Made by a program: the position numbers and the translations under genes. Shown here one piece after another: positions 1 through 10,131 of a stretch of 64,000 nt of DNA (position 1 is the first letter of the stretch; each line of letters starts with the position of its first letter). The notes under the pieces were generated by a model. The model was not told the DNA's origin. It did no database searches and saw nothing but the letters and a program-made list of their open reading frames with translations. This DNA comes from Candidatus Bathyarchaeota archaeon (GTDB taxonomy: Archaea; Thermoproteota; Bathyarchaeia; Bathyarchaeales; Bathycorpusculaceae), in NCBI GenBank assembly GCA_963828195.1, contig CAWHDT010000003.1:384001-448000 (forward strand), written 5' to 3'.

Positions 1-181
1 CCTTGAGCAACATGGCATGCTTCCAGATGACGTTTAAGCACTCGATTAAGGCAAGGTCAACTGTGTAGAGGGCAACCCCTTTTTTTAGGGAGGCGGCGAT
101 GGTGCTTCGGGCTTCTTTTGAGCCGGGTTCGCTGATGATTAGTTTTGAGATGATGTTTGAATCGAGGATTAGGTTTGTCGT
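1..181 (-). CDS. vapC: PIN-domain (VapC) toxin, runs off the window start; no canonical start codon
   Basis: Manual translation: TTNLILDSNIISKLIISEPGSKEARSTIAASLKKGVALYTVDLALIECLNVIWKH, with PIN acidic residues (ILD-N, E). Overlaps the antitoxin 3' end. Absent from the ORF track because the apparent start is ACG. Confidence 0.8.
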
Positions 182-390
182 TCTCTGTCCTCCCGTATCA
201 GGACTGTTGAGTCAAATTTTGTTTTTCTCTTGTCTGCCCGTTTCTCGATTTCTTCGAGGGTTTGGAGCATTTCAACCTGTTTAACTCTTGCTTCTATGAA
301 GGTTCGGACTTCTCGGCTCCATTTCGCAGGCGTTTTATCCATTTTCTCTTTAAGTTCTTTGGGAATGCGAATTGTAATTGTTGTGGACAT
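169..390 (-). CDS. vapB: RHH/CopG-type VapB antitoxin
   Basis: MSTTITIRIPKELKEKM...WSREVRTFIE RHH pattern; C-terminal DSTVLIREDRE typical of archaeal VapB; directly upstream of the PIN gene. Confidence 0.8.
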   Translation of the reverse strand: MSTTITIRIPKELKEKMDKTPAKWSREVRTFIEARVKQVEMLQTLEEIEKRADKRKTKFDSTVLIREDRERQT

Positions 391-433
391 AGCCAACCCT
401 ATTGATGAGGGCGGGAATAAGCTTAAAAGGGTT

Positions 434-472
434 GTGTCACAAAAAGTGCACAAAATGTGATACTAAAAGTGC
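434..472. promoter_or_regulatory. Putative vapBC operator (inverted repeat) beside the TATA box
   Basis: gtgtcaca-aaaagtgcacaaaa-tgtgatac imperfect inverted repeat; aaaagtgcac occurs twice; minus-strand TTTTAAG at ~422-428. Confidence 0.4.
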
Positions 473-477
473 ACTAT

Positions 478-1056
478 TTATCCTGAATCAAAGTCTCCCA
501 GCGTTCGCTGGGGAGTTTCTTTGGTGAACAATGGGTATGTAATTTGATTTCCCTCTACATGCGCCATCTCGTTTAGCTGATGGTTGAGGCAGCTGGTTGC
601 GCTTATGATATGCTGCACTTTAATGTGCCGTACCACCAGCGCATCGGAGATGAGGCTTCGGTGGCATCGCCAAGGCAGCGCTTCAGCGCACATCAGCGCT
701 AGGCGGTTTTCCCGAGCAAGAGCGAGGATTTTTAGAAGGTTGTCGGTGAACTCTTTGGTCTGCATGTAATCTGCGTAGCCGCGAAAGCCCATGTTTTTCC
801 ATGCCAAGTTTACGGAGTCATGTTTGGGATGGCGTAAGCCGCCGATTTCGGGCATGTGAATGTATTTTATGCCGTAGGGTTTAAGCGTGTTTGGCAAGGT
901 TTCCTTGTTGAACTGGGGGTTATGTCTGCTACGGGGAACCGTGCGCACGTCCACAACTAAGTTGATACGGAAATTTTTTAGCAACCCAACGAATTCATCT
1001 ATGGTTCTGGTTGAGTGCCCGATTGTGAAGACAGTTAATTCATGTTCCTTAGCCAA
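478..1056 (-). CDS. DUF488 family protein
   Basis: FTIGHSTR, VDVRTVPRSR, LMCAE..WRCHR motifs. Confidence 0.9.
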   Translation of the reverse strand: MAKEHELTVFTIGHSTRTIDEFVGLLKNFRINLVVDVRTVPRSRHNPQFNKETLPNTLKPYGIKYIHMPEIGGLRHPKHDSVNLAWKNMGFRGYADYMQTKEFTDNLLKILALARENRLALMCAEALPWRCHRSLISDALVVRHIKVQHIISATSCLNHQLNEMAHVEGNQITYPLFTKETPQRTLGDFDSG

Positions 1057-1061
1057 AGAAG

Positions 1062-1727
1062 CTACCCTTCGACATTTTGAATTTTCTCAATCCTATCGTT
1101 TGAACCCCGAGTTCTTTTCTCCGCCGGAAATAACTCATAAACGTCTGGATTTACAAAAACCTCTGTCGTTACAGTTTGAACGCCCAAAGAAGCTAACACA
1201 TCGATTATTTCAATAGCTGACGCACTTGGAACAATTACGCAGCTATCGCTGATTTTAGTTCCTCCAGCCTTTGCTACTTCGCCTTTACCGCCCCTTGAAT
1301 AAAGAAAATATGAAGCCTTCATTTTGTCAGCGTAATCCAAGTTTCGCATGTCATATGTGATTAAGGTGAAAGGGTCCAAGGTGATGGGTGATAAATAAAC
1401 TTCGAGGGGCATTTTGGCAAATAGCACTTTTCCAGAACTGCGCAATTCATCTAAAAACACGGGGTTTGCTTCTTTTAGCTCATCAAGTGTTTCGGGAATG
1501 GCATGCAGGTTCATTTTTAGGTTCCCAACAACCTGGAAAAGTCTATCCCAACTTTCCCACATTACACGTTTATTTTCGAACAGAACCAGCAAGTCATAAT
1601 CGGAAAACTCATCATAGTCCCCTCTTGCTTGACTACCAAATAGGACAATGCCTACGACACCCTGAATCGTTGAGACTAAATTGACGAAGTCATTTAAGAT
1701 TAACTTTTGCTGCTCTTTCAATTTCAT
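1062..1727 (-). CDS. Minimal nucleotidyltransferase (MNT) with extra C-terminal domain
   Basis: VLFGSQARGDYDEFSDYDLLV (GS-x10-DxD). Probable start ATG 1727. ~100-aa extension beginning PFTLITYD. Confidence 0.85.
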   Translation of the reverse strand: MKLKEQQKLILNDFVNLVSTIQGVVGIVLFGSQARGDYDEFSDYDLLVLFENKRVMWESWDRLFQVVGNLKMNLHAIPETLDELKEANPVFLDELRSSGKVLFAKMPLEVYLSPITLDPFTLITYDMRNLDYADKMKASYFLYSRGGKGEVAKAGGTKISDSCVIVPSASAIEIIDVLASLGVQTVTTEVFVNPDVYELFPAEKRTRGSNDRIEKIQNVEG

Positions 1728-2061
1728 CAAAAACACGCTCCATTGCAGCGATAGCCCTCTCGGCTCTTTCCCCATTTAAGCCCTCGTAACCCAGAGCACC
1801 ATAGGCTCCCCATAACTCGTCCAAATCTTTCGATACTGAGGGAAGTTTTTCTTTTATCCAAATGATTCGGTTCCTATGTGCGCTTCTTGGCGTCGTATGG
1901 AAGTGCTTTCCCTCCGAAGCAGCTAGAACCTCTATCGCCTGTTCAACAGCCTTAATGGCTAAATCGCCTACTACGCTGTTTCTTTTTTTCGCATATTCGT
2001 CCAACGCTGCTAACCTTTTTTCTTGGGCAGCCTTGAGGTGGAATTTCAGATCATCGGACAT
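1690..2061 (-). CDS. HEPN-domain protein (MNT partner)
   Basis: ~123-aa helical protein (AIKAVEQAIE...H...YGALGY) overlapping the MNT gene. Confidence 0.7.
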   Translation of the reverse strand: MSDDLKFHLKAAQEKRLAALDEYAKKRNSVVGDLAIKAVEQAIEVLAASEGKHFHTTPRSAHRNRIIWIKEKLPSVSKDLDELWGAYGALGYEGLNGERAERAIAAMERVFDEIERAAKVNLK

Positions 2062-2114
2062 GTCGTTTCTCTGCTTTCCTGTGATATGTAATGTTTTTAT
2101 TACATATAAGACTT

Positions 2115-3026
2115 TCAACTATACCCTGATGTATTTCTTGATGTTTCCAGCTGGCACAGCATTTCGCATATTACTTTTGCAGCTGCAATCGCCGATATGC
2201 CTTGATCATAAATCGGCACAACCTCCACGACGTCAAAACCGAGCACGCGGTTGTCGCATAGGGAGCAAGCGAGGTCTATCAGCTGGGATGTGGTGATTCC
2301 TTCAGGCTCAGGGTTCTGGACCGCCGGGGCAAAGGCTGGGTCAAGAACATCCATGTCCACCGTCAAATACAGGTTATCGTATGGCAGGAGCTTCTCTTTG
2401 AGCTGTTCCCCGATGAGCAGCGACCCCTGCTTAAGGATTTCCTGCGAAGTGAAAAATTCCACGCCTGCCTTCTTCGCGTACGCAAGCTCCTCCTTGGAGG
2501 CACCGCGCGTGCCAACCTCAACTATCTTCGCGGGCTTCACTTGCTCGCTTATCAGCTGCATAAAGGTGGTGTGGGAAAGCGTTGAACCAAGAAATTCGCA
2601 GCGCAAATCCAAATGCGCATCAAAACTCACAACCGCGGTTTTAGCCGCCCTGTCGCCTAAACCCTTCGCAGCTCCAAGCGTAACTGTGTGTTCCCCGCCT
2701 AAAGCCACAGGCACCTTGCCCGCAGCCAAAATTTCGTCTACGACAAGACGGGTCATGTCAACGGTTTTCTCGGCTTCCAAAGACACATCCAGGTCGCCCG
2801 CATCATGCAAAGCTAAATCTTCCACATCGACGCCGCTGCGGAAACTGTACGTTTCAAGGTTCAAAGAAGCCTGCCTAATCGCTTGGGGAGCAAACCTTGC
2901 GCCGTTGCGATAAGTGCTGGTTGCATCAAACGGTACCCCGAAAACCACGTATTTCGCCTGCTCAAAAGGTTTCTGGACGCCGCTGAAAACGTTCGTTTGA
3001 GACGTGAACAATTCAAGATAACTCAT
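2115..3026 (-). CDS. speB: Agmatinase
   Basis: GVPFD, GARFAP, GGEHT, FDAHLD, VDMDVLDP ureohydrolase motifs. Confidence 0.93.
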   Translation of the reverse strand: MSYLELFTSQTNVFSGVQKPFEQAKYVVFGVPFDATSTYRNGARFAPQAIRQASLNLETYSFRSGVDVEDLALHDAGDLDVSLEAEKTVDMTRLVVDEILAAGKVPVALGGEHTVTLGAAKGLGDRAAKTAVVSFDAHLDLRCEFLGSTLSHTTFMQLISEQVKPAKIVEVGTRGASKEELAYAKKAGVEFFTSQEILKQGSLLIGEQLKEKLLPYDNLYLTVDMDVLDPAFAPAVQNPEPEGITTSQLIDLACSLCDNRVLGFDVVEVVPIYDQGISAIAAAKVICEMLCQLETSRNTSGYS

Positions 3027-3268
3027 CGTAAATTCAATCCTCTTCCAATTTGTACTCGCCTAAGCCTACTCTAAACTCTTTCGCTCAGCGTAAACGGGCA
3101 TTTATCTGTGGCGAACCGCAGCGTTGATTGGCGCCTTTTTAGTTAAGTCTGCAGTTGAATGCCCGCATAAACCCACTTTTTATGCACAGCGCTCCTAATG
3201 ATGCGGTTTCTGCGTATTTACAAAATACTTAATAGCTTGCGAAGCCGTTTTTCATCACTAAAAAGTCG

Positions 3269-4751
3269 GTGAACCCAACTGTGAAGGCTCGCATTGCACT
3301 TGTAAATCCACCCTATCCGGCTGATGCGCCGCAAGCAATCTTCATTCCGCTTGGCATAAGCTATTTGTCTGCGGTGCTTGAGGAAAAAGGGTACGAAGTC
3401 AACGTGGTGGATTGCCAATTTTCCCGACCCAGCCAAAAAGAGTTGGAGGACAAGTTCAAAAGCTTAAGCCCCGATATCGTCGGCGTCACATCCGCGACGT
3501 TAACTTATTTGCCCGCAGTGGAAATTTTGAAAGCCGCCAAATCCGCACTTCCGAACTGCGTAACCCTTATGGGCGGTTCACACGTCACCGTCATGGATGA
3601 GCAAACCCTCACTGGAAACCCTTCGGCGGACATCGTTGTGCGGGGCGAGGGCGAGCAAACTATGCTTGAGCTTGCAGGTTTAGTATCAGGCGGCGACCTG
3701 AAAAAACTAAGCGAAGTTGCAGGCGTAACCTTTAGAAAGAACGGGCAGATTTTCCGAACACCAGACAGGCAGTTTATGCAAGATATTGATTCTCTCCCAT
3801 ATCCAGCTCACAAACATTTTGACGTTGGCAGGTACAAGGTTTTTGGGAAAGTCTACATGCCGATCATAACTAGCAGAGGCTGCCCCAGTCAATGTGCTTT
3901 CTGTTTGGCTTCTAAAATGTGCGGAAAAGCTTTCAGGGCAAGAAGCCCAAGCAAAGTTGTCGACGAGCTCGAAGTGGCTAAGAGACACCTTCGGGGCTGA
4001 AGCCTTCGCCTTCTACGACGACACATTCACTTTCGACGTGAAACGGGCAATTGCAATCTGCGACGAAATGAAGAAAAGAAAAATTGAGCTCCCGTGGGAT
4101 TGTCGAACAAGAGTGGACAGAGTATCTAAAGAACTTTTAAGTAAACTGAAGAGCACAAACTGCCAGCTTATCCACTTCGGCGTCGAATCAGGCAGCCAAC
4201 AAATCTTAAACACCATGCATAAAGGCACAACAGTCGAGCAAAATGCCCAAGCCATAAAATGGACCAAAGACGCAGGAATATCCGTAGCCATATCCCTAAT
4301 TATCGGCTACCCAGGCGAAACCCCTGAAATGCTACAGCAAACCGTAGATTTTATCCACAGAACCAAGCCTGATTACGTTTACATGTGCGAGGCAGTTCCT
4401 TACCCCGGCACAGAACTCTTCGACCGAGTCAAAGCGCTAGACCTGGAAATGTCCACGAACTGGACCCTTTACCACGAGGACATGCAGGTTTTCAAAAACG
4501 CCCTTTTGCCACTTGAAAAGCTGGAGGCGACCAAAAAAGCAGTCTACGACAGCCTCTTTACCCCAACATATTATCTGCAGAAGAGAATCAAAGGCGACTT
4601 TCATAGCAAGATTATGGCTCGGATGGCGCTGAATCATCTTGTGTGGAAATACAGATTTTCAAAATGGGCTTTTAGGCAACTGAGCAAAGTTAGACAACCC
4701 AAAAAGAGCCCAGGCGGACACAGCACGCCAAGCAAAGATCAGCAAGAATAA
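3269..4751 (+). pseudogene. B12-binding radical SAM protein split by a +1 frameshift at ~3973 (error or pseudogene)
   Basis: PLGISYL B12-binding domain and SRGCPSQCAFC; continues in the next frame as WLRDTFGAEAFAFYDDTFT...GVESGSQ. Removing one base gives VVDELEWLRD. Confidence 0.85.
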
Positions 4752-4902
4752 ACTAAACTAAAGTGAGAACTGGGTTTATGCGACATTTTTTTCTGACTGG
4801 TTAACATCAGGACTGCTGGATTCGGTGTTAATCGTGAGAAATTTAATGCAGCCAATTAAGGCTAAGGCACTTGCAGATTTGAGGGGTATTTGTGAAAGGA
4901 TT

Positions 4903-4946
4903 TGGAAATGTCCATGAACTGGACCCTTTACCACGAGGACATGCAG
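4903..4946 (+). repeat. 44-bp copy of radical SAM gene interior (4444-4487)
   Basis: tggaaatgtcca(c/t)gaactggaccctttaccacgaggacatgcag, one mismatch. Confidence 0.9.
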
Positions 4947-5037
4947 TTGAACCAGACAAAGTGAATTAAATTATAACCAAGGTAGCGCTCGGACACTTGC
5001 GAAAGACGTATAAGATAATTGCCTCAGAATAAACTTT

Positions 5038-6633
5038 ATGAAGAATCTGAATAAACTTTCTTCAATCTTACTTTTATTAACTCTAGTTCTTGCTTTTTCA
5101 GCGGCTAATGCTGTTCACGCCTTAGGGGGAGTCAACAGTATAGTACAGGTGGGGAGTGAACCGGAAGGTTTAGCGTATGATTCTGCCAAAGGCGAGGTAT
5201 TTGTGGCAAATGCTGCTTCCAGCTCGGTCTCGGTCATTTCTGACGGCAACAATAGCGTGGTTGCAACCATAAACCTCCCGACATCTGCAGGTCCAATCGT
5301 TTATGATTCTGGCAAAGGCGAAATATTCGCTGGCGGCTACGCAACCCCGAGTGCAGTCTATGTGATATCAGATGCCAATAATAGTGTGGTTGCAACGGTG
5401 CCTTTAGAAGCCGCCCCCATGGCTATAACTTACGATTCGGGCAAAGGCGAAATATTCTTAGCTAATTTTGGTAACAGTTCGGTCTCAGTCATCTCAGATA
5501 GCAATGACACTGTGATCGCAACGATCCCAGTTGGATATGACCCATCTGGCATAACTTATGATCCTAATACGGGCGAAATCTACGTAACTGACCTCGTTTT
5601 GACCAATAACACTACACATGTTCCTAATTCGGTTTCAATCATATCGGACAGCACAAACACCGTGGTTTCAAACGTGTATGCCGGATTTGGCGACGGCGGC
5701 GTAGTTTACGACTCCGGAAAGGGCGAGATATTCGCAGCCAGTTCTCAAAACGCATCTGTCGAAGTCATATCTGAAAACGATAATGCGGTAGTTGCCAATA
5801 TAACCCTTGACTCCAACCCATTTTACTTAGGATATGATTCGGGTCAGGGCGAAATATTCGTATGCGGCGCCGTCTCCTCCAACGTCGTCTATATAATATC
5901 TGACGTCAATAACTCACTAGTTTCAACTATAACCATGGAAAGCCCATCGGATTTTGCATATGATTCCGTCAAGTGCGAAATGTTCGTAAGCAATTGGTAC
6001 GAAAGCTCAGTTTCGGTAATTTCAGATTCATCTACCCTGCCTCCGCCCTCAACCCCAGCCCCGTCGCCGACCCCGGGGTTAATTCCGACGCCAATCACGA
6101 CACTGCCCCCTCCAATCGTTAACGCTTCTACAACTTCAACCATCCAAGCAACAACCCGCAATGGCTCAACAGTCAACCTAACAATTAACGGAAACATCAA
6201 CAGTTCACAGATGTCCAACATTACCATAGCAACAAATCAAACAGCTGCCACAACCACTTTATCCTTCACTTTGACCGGGCAAAGCGGCACTACAGGCTTT
6301 AGCACTATAACCATCCCAAAAAGCGACGTGCCCTGTGGAACCACACCGGCAATCTACATCGACGGCCAACTTGCTCCAGACCAAAGCTACTCCCAAGATG
6401 CAAACAACTATTACATATTTTACTCAACCCACTTTAGCACACACCAAATATCCATTGTCTTTGCCACACCGCCTTCGATTGTCCCTACTACGCCGCCCGA
6501 CTGGGGATCAACGGCACAAACCAGCCTAATTCAAGTAGCTTACGGAGTGGCGGCTGCAGCAGCCATAGTGGTGATAATTATAGTTGTTCTAAAATTAACA
6601 ATAAATGGTAAGCCACGCAAAACCTCAGCTTGA
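5038..6633 (+). CDS. YVTN-type beta-propeller surface protein
   Basis: Signal peptide, repeated YDSGKGEIF...VSVISD..N.VVATI units, Pro/Thr linker, C-terminal TM plus basic tail. Confidence 0.88.
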   Translation: MKNLNKLSSILLLLTLVLAFSAANAVHALGGVNSIVQVGSEPEGLAYDSAKGEVFVANAASSSVSVISDGNNSVVATINLPTSAGPIVYDSGKGEIFAGGYATPSAVYVISDANNSVVATVPLEAAPMAITYDSGKGEIFLANFGNSSVSVISDSNDTVIATIPVGYDPSGITYDPNTGEIYVTDLVLTNNTTHVPNSVSIISDSTNTVVSNVYAGFGDGGVVYDSGKGEIFAASSQNASVEVISENDNAVVANITLDSNPFYLGYDSGQGEIFVCGAVSSNVVYIISDVNNSLVSTITMESPSDFAYDSVKCEMFVSNWYESSVSVISDSSTLPPPSTPAPSPTPGLIPTPITTLPPPIVNASTTSTIQATTRNGSTVNLTINGNINSSQMSNITIATNQTAATTTLSFTLTGQSGTTGFSTITIPKSDVPCGTTPAIYIDGQLAPDQSYSQDANNYYIFYSTHFSTHQISIVFATPPSIVPTTPPDWGSTAQTSLIQVAYGVAAAAAIVVIIIVVLKLTINGKPRKTSA

Positions 6634-6746
6634 AAAACAAATCAAATCAACAGCCCCAAGTTCCAATTTTTCAACTTTAATGTGCAAAGCTGAAATAAGT
6701 GTGCGCCAAATTATTGTGTAGAAAGCTGTTTCTAGAAGGTTAGATT

Positions 6747-7476
6747 TTGGGAAAAAATATAGGCGACGATTTTCAAACAGGGACAAAGTATGCTCGTAGC
6801 AAAGGTCTCGGGGGCAACTTGGACTGGGCAAACAAGCCGGAAACCTACAAGAGCTACCCCTCTAGGCAGAACTGTTCAGCTGCCAACCCAGATGCAAGAA
6901 CCAGCAGTCAGCTTTTCTGAGGTTCTAAAAAGACGCAAAAGCATCCGAGCCTTCTCCGCCCAGCCGTTGAGCAAGGCAGACTTAGGTTTTCTTCTTTGGG
7001 CATCCACAGGCATCCAGCGAGTGGAGCACGGCTACGAGTTCCGTACCGCCCCATCCGCTGGCGCATTATACCCCATCGAAACGTACGTGGCTACAAACAA
7101 CGTTCAAGACGTGGAGTGCGGCATTTACCACTACAACATAAAAAAACATTTGCTAGAAGAAATAAAAACTGGAAATTTCGGCGACGCCTTAGCTCACGCA
7201 GCCCTGGACCAGAAAATGTGTGCGACCGCATCCGCTGCCTTCGTCTGGACAGCTATTTTTAGTAGGTCCAAGTGGAAGTACAAGCAGAGAGCCTACAGAT
7301 ACATCTATTTGGATGCGGGACATGTAGCGGAGAATCTGGCGCTGTCGGCGGCAAGCATCAATTGTGGATCCTGCCAAGTTGGAGCTTTCTTCGACGACGA
7401 AATTAACGCGATGGTGGATATAGACGGAACAGATGAAAGCGCCATTTGCCTTAGCGTAGTTGGCCATCCGAAATAA
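6747..7476 (+). CDS. SagB/ThcOx-family nitroreductase, apparent +1 frameshift at ~6865
   Basis: RRKSIRAF, RTAPSAGALYP, YLDAGHVAENL. The family-like N-terminus (GDDFQ..TKY...LDWANKPETYKSYP) lies in another frame from TTG 6747. Confidence 0.85.
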
Positions 7477-7710
7477 CCTCAAACGGCTAACTAATGCATC
7501 TTAAGCAAGGCGTAAAGGCGGGTTCTAAGGAGGCAACGGCGCTGCAGAAATTGGTTCAAGGCTAAGGCGAAAAAATGTCATATCGATTAAAAGAAATTAA
7601 TAACAGAATGGAAGAAAAAGTAAATTTGATACTTTTTTTTGGTTCCCATCGATGGAACTTTGGGGGAAATGGTTAAATATTTACTTCATAAAAGTTAGAT
7701 TTGATGTGGT

Positions 7711-8517
7711 ATGGACTTTTTGAATCAGACTGTAACTTTCAAGTGTTCTGACGGTGTCGAAATGGCAACTTATATTGCCGCTCCTAAATCGGAAGGCAAA
7801 CATCCAGCAATCCTCGTTATCCACGAAGCATGGGGTCTCAACGGGCAGATAAAAGGCGTCGCGAACAGATTTGCCCAACAAGGCTTCGTCAGCATAGCTC
7901 CCCATCTTTTCAGTCGAGAAAAAGATCTAACCGAACAAGCCATCGAAAAAGCTATGACGCGGATGTGGCAAATTCCCCCGGAAAAACGCAGCGACCCAGC
8001 GGCAATACAAAGCCTAATGGAGAGTCTTCCAGAAAACGAACGAAAAATAATGACTTTTTTCTTCACAGGACGAGAAAACGCAGAAAAAACAATGGCGCAG
8101 GACCTTCTCTGCTGCATAAACTATGCCAAAAACTTAGAATCAGTGAACGGGGAGAGACTTGGAATCACTGGTTTTTGTTTAGGCGGCGGGCTAACTTATC
8201 AGCTTGCAACCCAATACCCCTTCGACGCGGCTGTTCCTTTTTACGGCGCAAATCCCCAGCCGCTTGAATCAGTCGCCAAAATCGAATGCCCAGTATTTGG
8301 GATTTACGCAGGCGAAGATCTAAGAATAACCAGCGGAGTTCCAGCTTTAGTGGAGAGTATGATTGGGCACAAGAAAACATTTCAAATGAAAATCTATCAA
8401 GCCACTCAACACGCATTCTTCAACGAAACAAGACCGTCATACAACAAAGAAGCTGCGGAAGACGCGTGGAACATGACTTTAGCTTTCTTCAATAAGTACC
8501 TCAAGGCGACCCGATGA
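7711..8517 (+). CDS. Dienelactone hydrolase family
   Basis: IHEAWGLN, GFCLGG nucleophile elbow, HAFFN. Confidence 0.92.
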   Translation: MDFLNQTVTFKCSDGVEMATYIAAPKSEGKHPAILVIHEAWGLNGQIKGVANRFAQQGFVSIAPHLFSREKDLTEQAIEKAMTRMWQIPPEKRSDPAAIQSLMESLPENERKIMTFFFTGRENAEKTMAQDLLCCINYAKNLESVNGERLGITGFCLGGGLTYQLATQYPFDAAVPFYGANPQPLESVAKIECPVFGIYAGEDLRITSGVPALVESMIGHKKTFQMKIYQATQHAFFNETRPSYNKEAAEDAWNMTLAFFNKYLKATR

Positions 8518-8708
8518 GCAAAAGCCAAAGCCAAAACGGCTCAAGTCTACTCTGGGACTGCTTCACTAACTGGTCGTTGACACTGGAAAAAACCGCAGAA
8601 CGAAAAAAACCCGAAGAAAATGGCGAAAAAAGAAGGGTTTTGACTCCTAATGCTTCGGGAAAATAGGAAACTTATGTTACCTGAAAAACTAATGTTCTTT
8701 GAGGTGCC

Positions 8709-8988
8709 ATGAAAGATAAAGCCGCTAAAACAAAAAACCAAAGATAGCTTAGCAGTCATAGGCGTTTTAGCTCTAGAATCGCTTTTTATTTTTGGCGCAA
8801 TAAGCAATTTTTACAGGTACCTATTCCTAAAAATATCTCTCGATATATTCCTCGCTGTCCCCTCAACTATTGGATCTGCAATTTTACTCATATTTATAAT
8901 AGCGATTCTCATAAGCTATCTCGATAAACGGAAAGTCTTAAAGGAGATTTCAAAAATAAACTCCCGCAGCCGCCTAAATCAAAAATAG
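8709..8988 (+). CDS. Small two-TM membrane protein, apparent +1 frameshift in the A6 run (~8735)
   Basis: GAGGTG RBS then ATG 8709; removing one A gives a ~92-aa ORF with two hydrophobic helices ending at TAG 8988. Confidence 0.5.
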
Positions 8989-9153
8989 TAGTCGCAAAAA
9001 AACTCCAAGGTTCTTTTTCGAAAAAACGTGTTTATTTTTTGATTCATATTTTTGATCCATAAGCCTTATTTTCATCCAACAACGAATTATTGAAGAACTG
9101 AAAGCTTTCAGCGCTGAATCAGCGGTATCGAAAAAATTAGCTGTGACGTTAAA

Positions 9154-9270
9154 ATGAAAGATGACAAAATTGTTGAAAAATGCAGAGTTTGCGCGAAACG
9201 CAGCACGTGTGATTTGGAAGATTGCGATTTTGAGGAATTCCCTTCCGCTTTCTACCGGGATTCTGATTAA
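9154..9270 (+). CDS. 38-aa Cys-rich microprotein
   Basis: MKDDKIVEKCRVCAKRSTCDLEDCDFEEFPSAFYRDSD (CxxC-x5-C-x4-C). Confidence 0.45.
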   Translation: MKDDKIVEKCRVCAKRSTCDLEDCDFEEFPSAFYRDSD

Positions 9271-9272
9271 AA

Positions 9273-9419
9273 ATGAATGGAACTATTAAGCGCGGTTGCA
9301 GAACATGCGCAGAGTACAACGCAAGTTACAGTATCTGCAATGACGTTGATGTCGGTGGCGGAAAAAGCTCATTTTTAACTCATGAGACCTGTCCCAAATG
9401 GCATAAGCTTGAGCTATAA
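9273..9419 (+). CDS. 48-aa Cys-rich microprotein
   Basis: MNGTIKRGCRTCAEYNASYSICNDVDVGGGKSSFLTHETCPKWHKLEL; starts 2 nt after the previous stop. Confidence 0.5.
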   Translation: MNGTIKRGCRTCAEYNASYSICNDVDVGGGKSSFLTHETCPKWHKLEL

Positions 9420-9738
9420 ACCCTAAAGATAGTTACGACGCAAATCATTATTCCCATAAACAAAACGCATAGAATTCAATTAAACAATAGAAAAACTGTG
9501 CTTTGTTTTTTGAACACGACTAACGCCACGGATGCTTGCCTAGTTTCTTTTGTTTCGCATCCAATTTTATCTTTACCGTCTAACTATTTAAATTGCAGGC
9601 ACCTCTGCCTAAACTAGTTCACTGCGCCATGTATAATTGATTAAATACATGGGTTCCAATTTTGGAATATTCCGAATTTGGTAATACGCAAAGATATTGC
9701 AGAAATCCATTACACGTATGGGAAAGGAGACGCAAAGC

Positions 9739-10131
9739 ATGAGGACGTTACTGAGCAGAGACACGTTTAAGATGCCTGCCTTCAACTCAAGATGGTTCGC
9801 CTACTCCTACGCCTTCTTAGTTTTTGCGGAGTTTTTAGATGGTTTGACAACGAAGATCGGCTTGGATTTGGGGCTTGTTGAAGTCGGAACTTATGCAAAG
9901 GGCGTTTTGGGCAACTATGGCTTTTGGGGTTTGATGGCTTGGAAATACAGCGTTGTTGCTGCTGCGGGAGGGCTGCTTTTCCTGTTTTATTATTCAGTTA
10001 AAAGATTTGCTCCCAAACGTTTGAAGTATGTCGGGATCATTTTGACCGTCGGCTGCCTAATTGCAGGTGTAGCTTCACTCCAAGTAGTGATCAACAATAT
10101 CGGGCAGATCGAGCTTGCCTTACATCCTTAA
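9739..10131 (+). CDS. DUF5658-like membrane protein
   Basis: FLDGLTT.IGL..G..E pattern, three TM helices, AAGGAG RBS. Confidence 0.65.
   Translation: MRTLLSRDTFKMPAFNSRWFAYSYAFLVFAEFLDGLTTKIGLDLGLVEVGTYAKGVLGNYGFWGLMAWKYSVVAAAGGLLFLFYYSVKRFAPKRLKYVGIILTVGCLIAGVASLQVVINNIGQIELALHP

Noticed and set aside
2251-2913. 220-aa plus-strand ORF and similar antisense ORFs across the window
   Set aside because: Antisense shadows of well-supported genes with no recognisable motifs.
4444-4946. Possible DGR template/variable repeat pair
   Set aside because: Only 44 bp, the mismatch is C/T rather than adenine-specific, and no reverse transcriptase is in the window.
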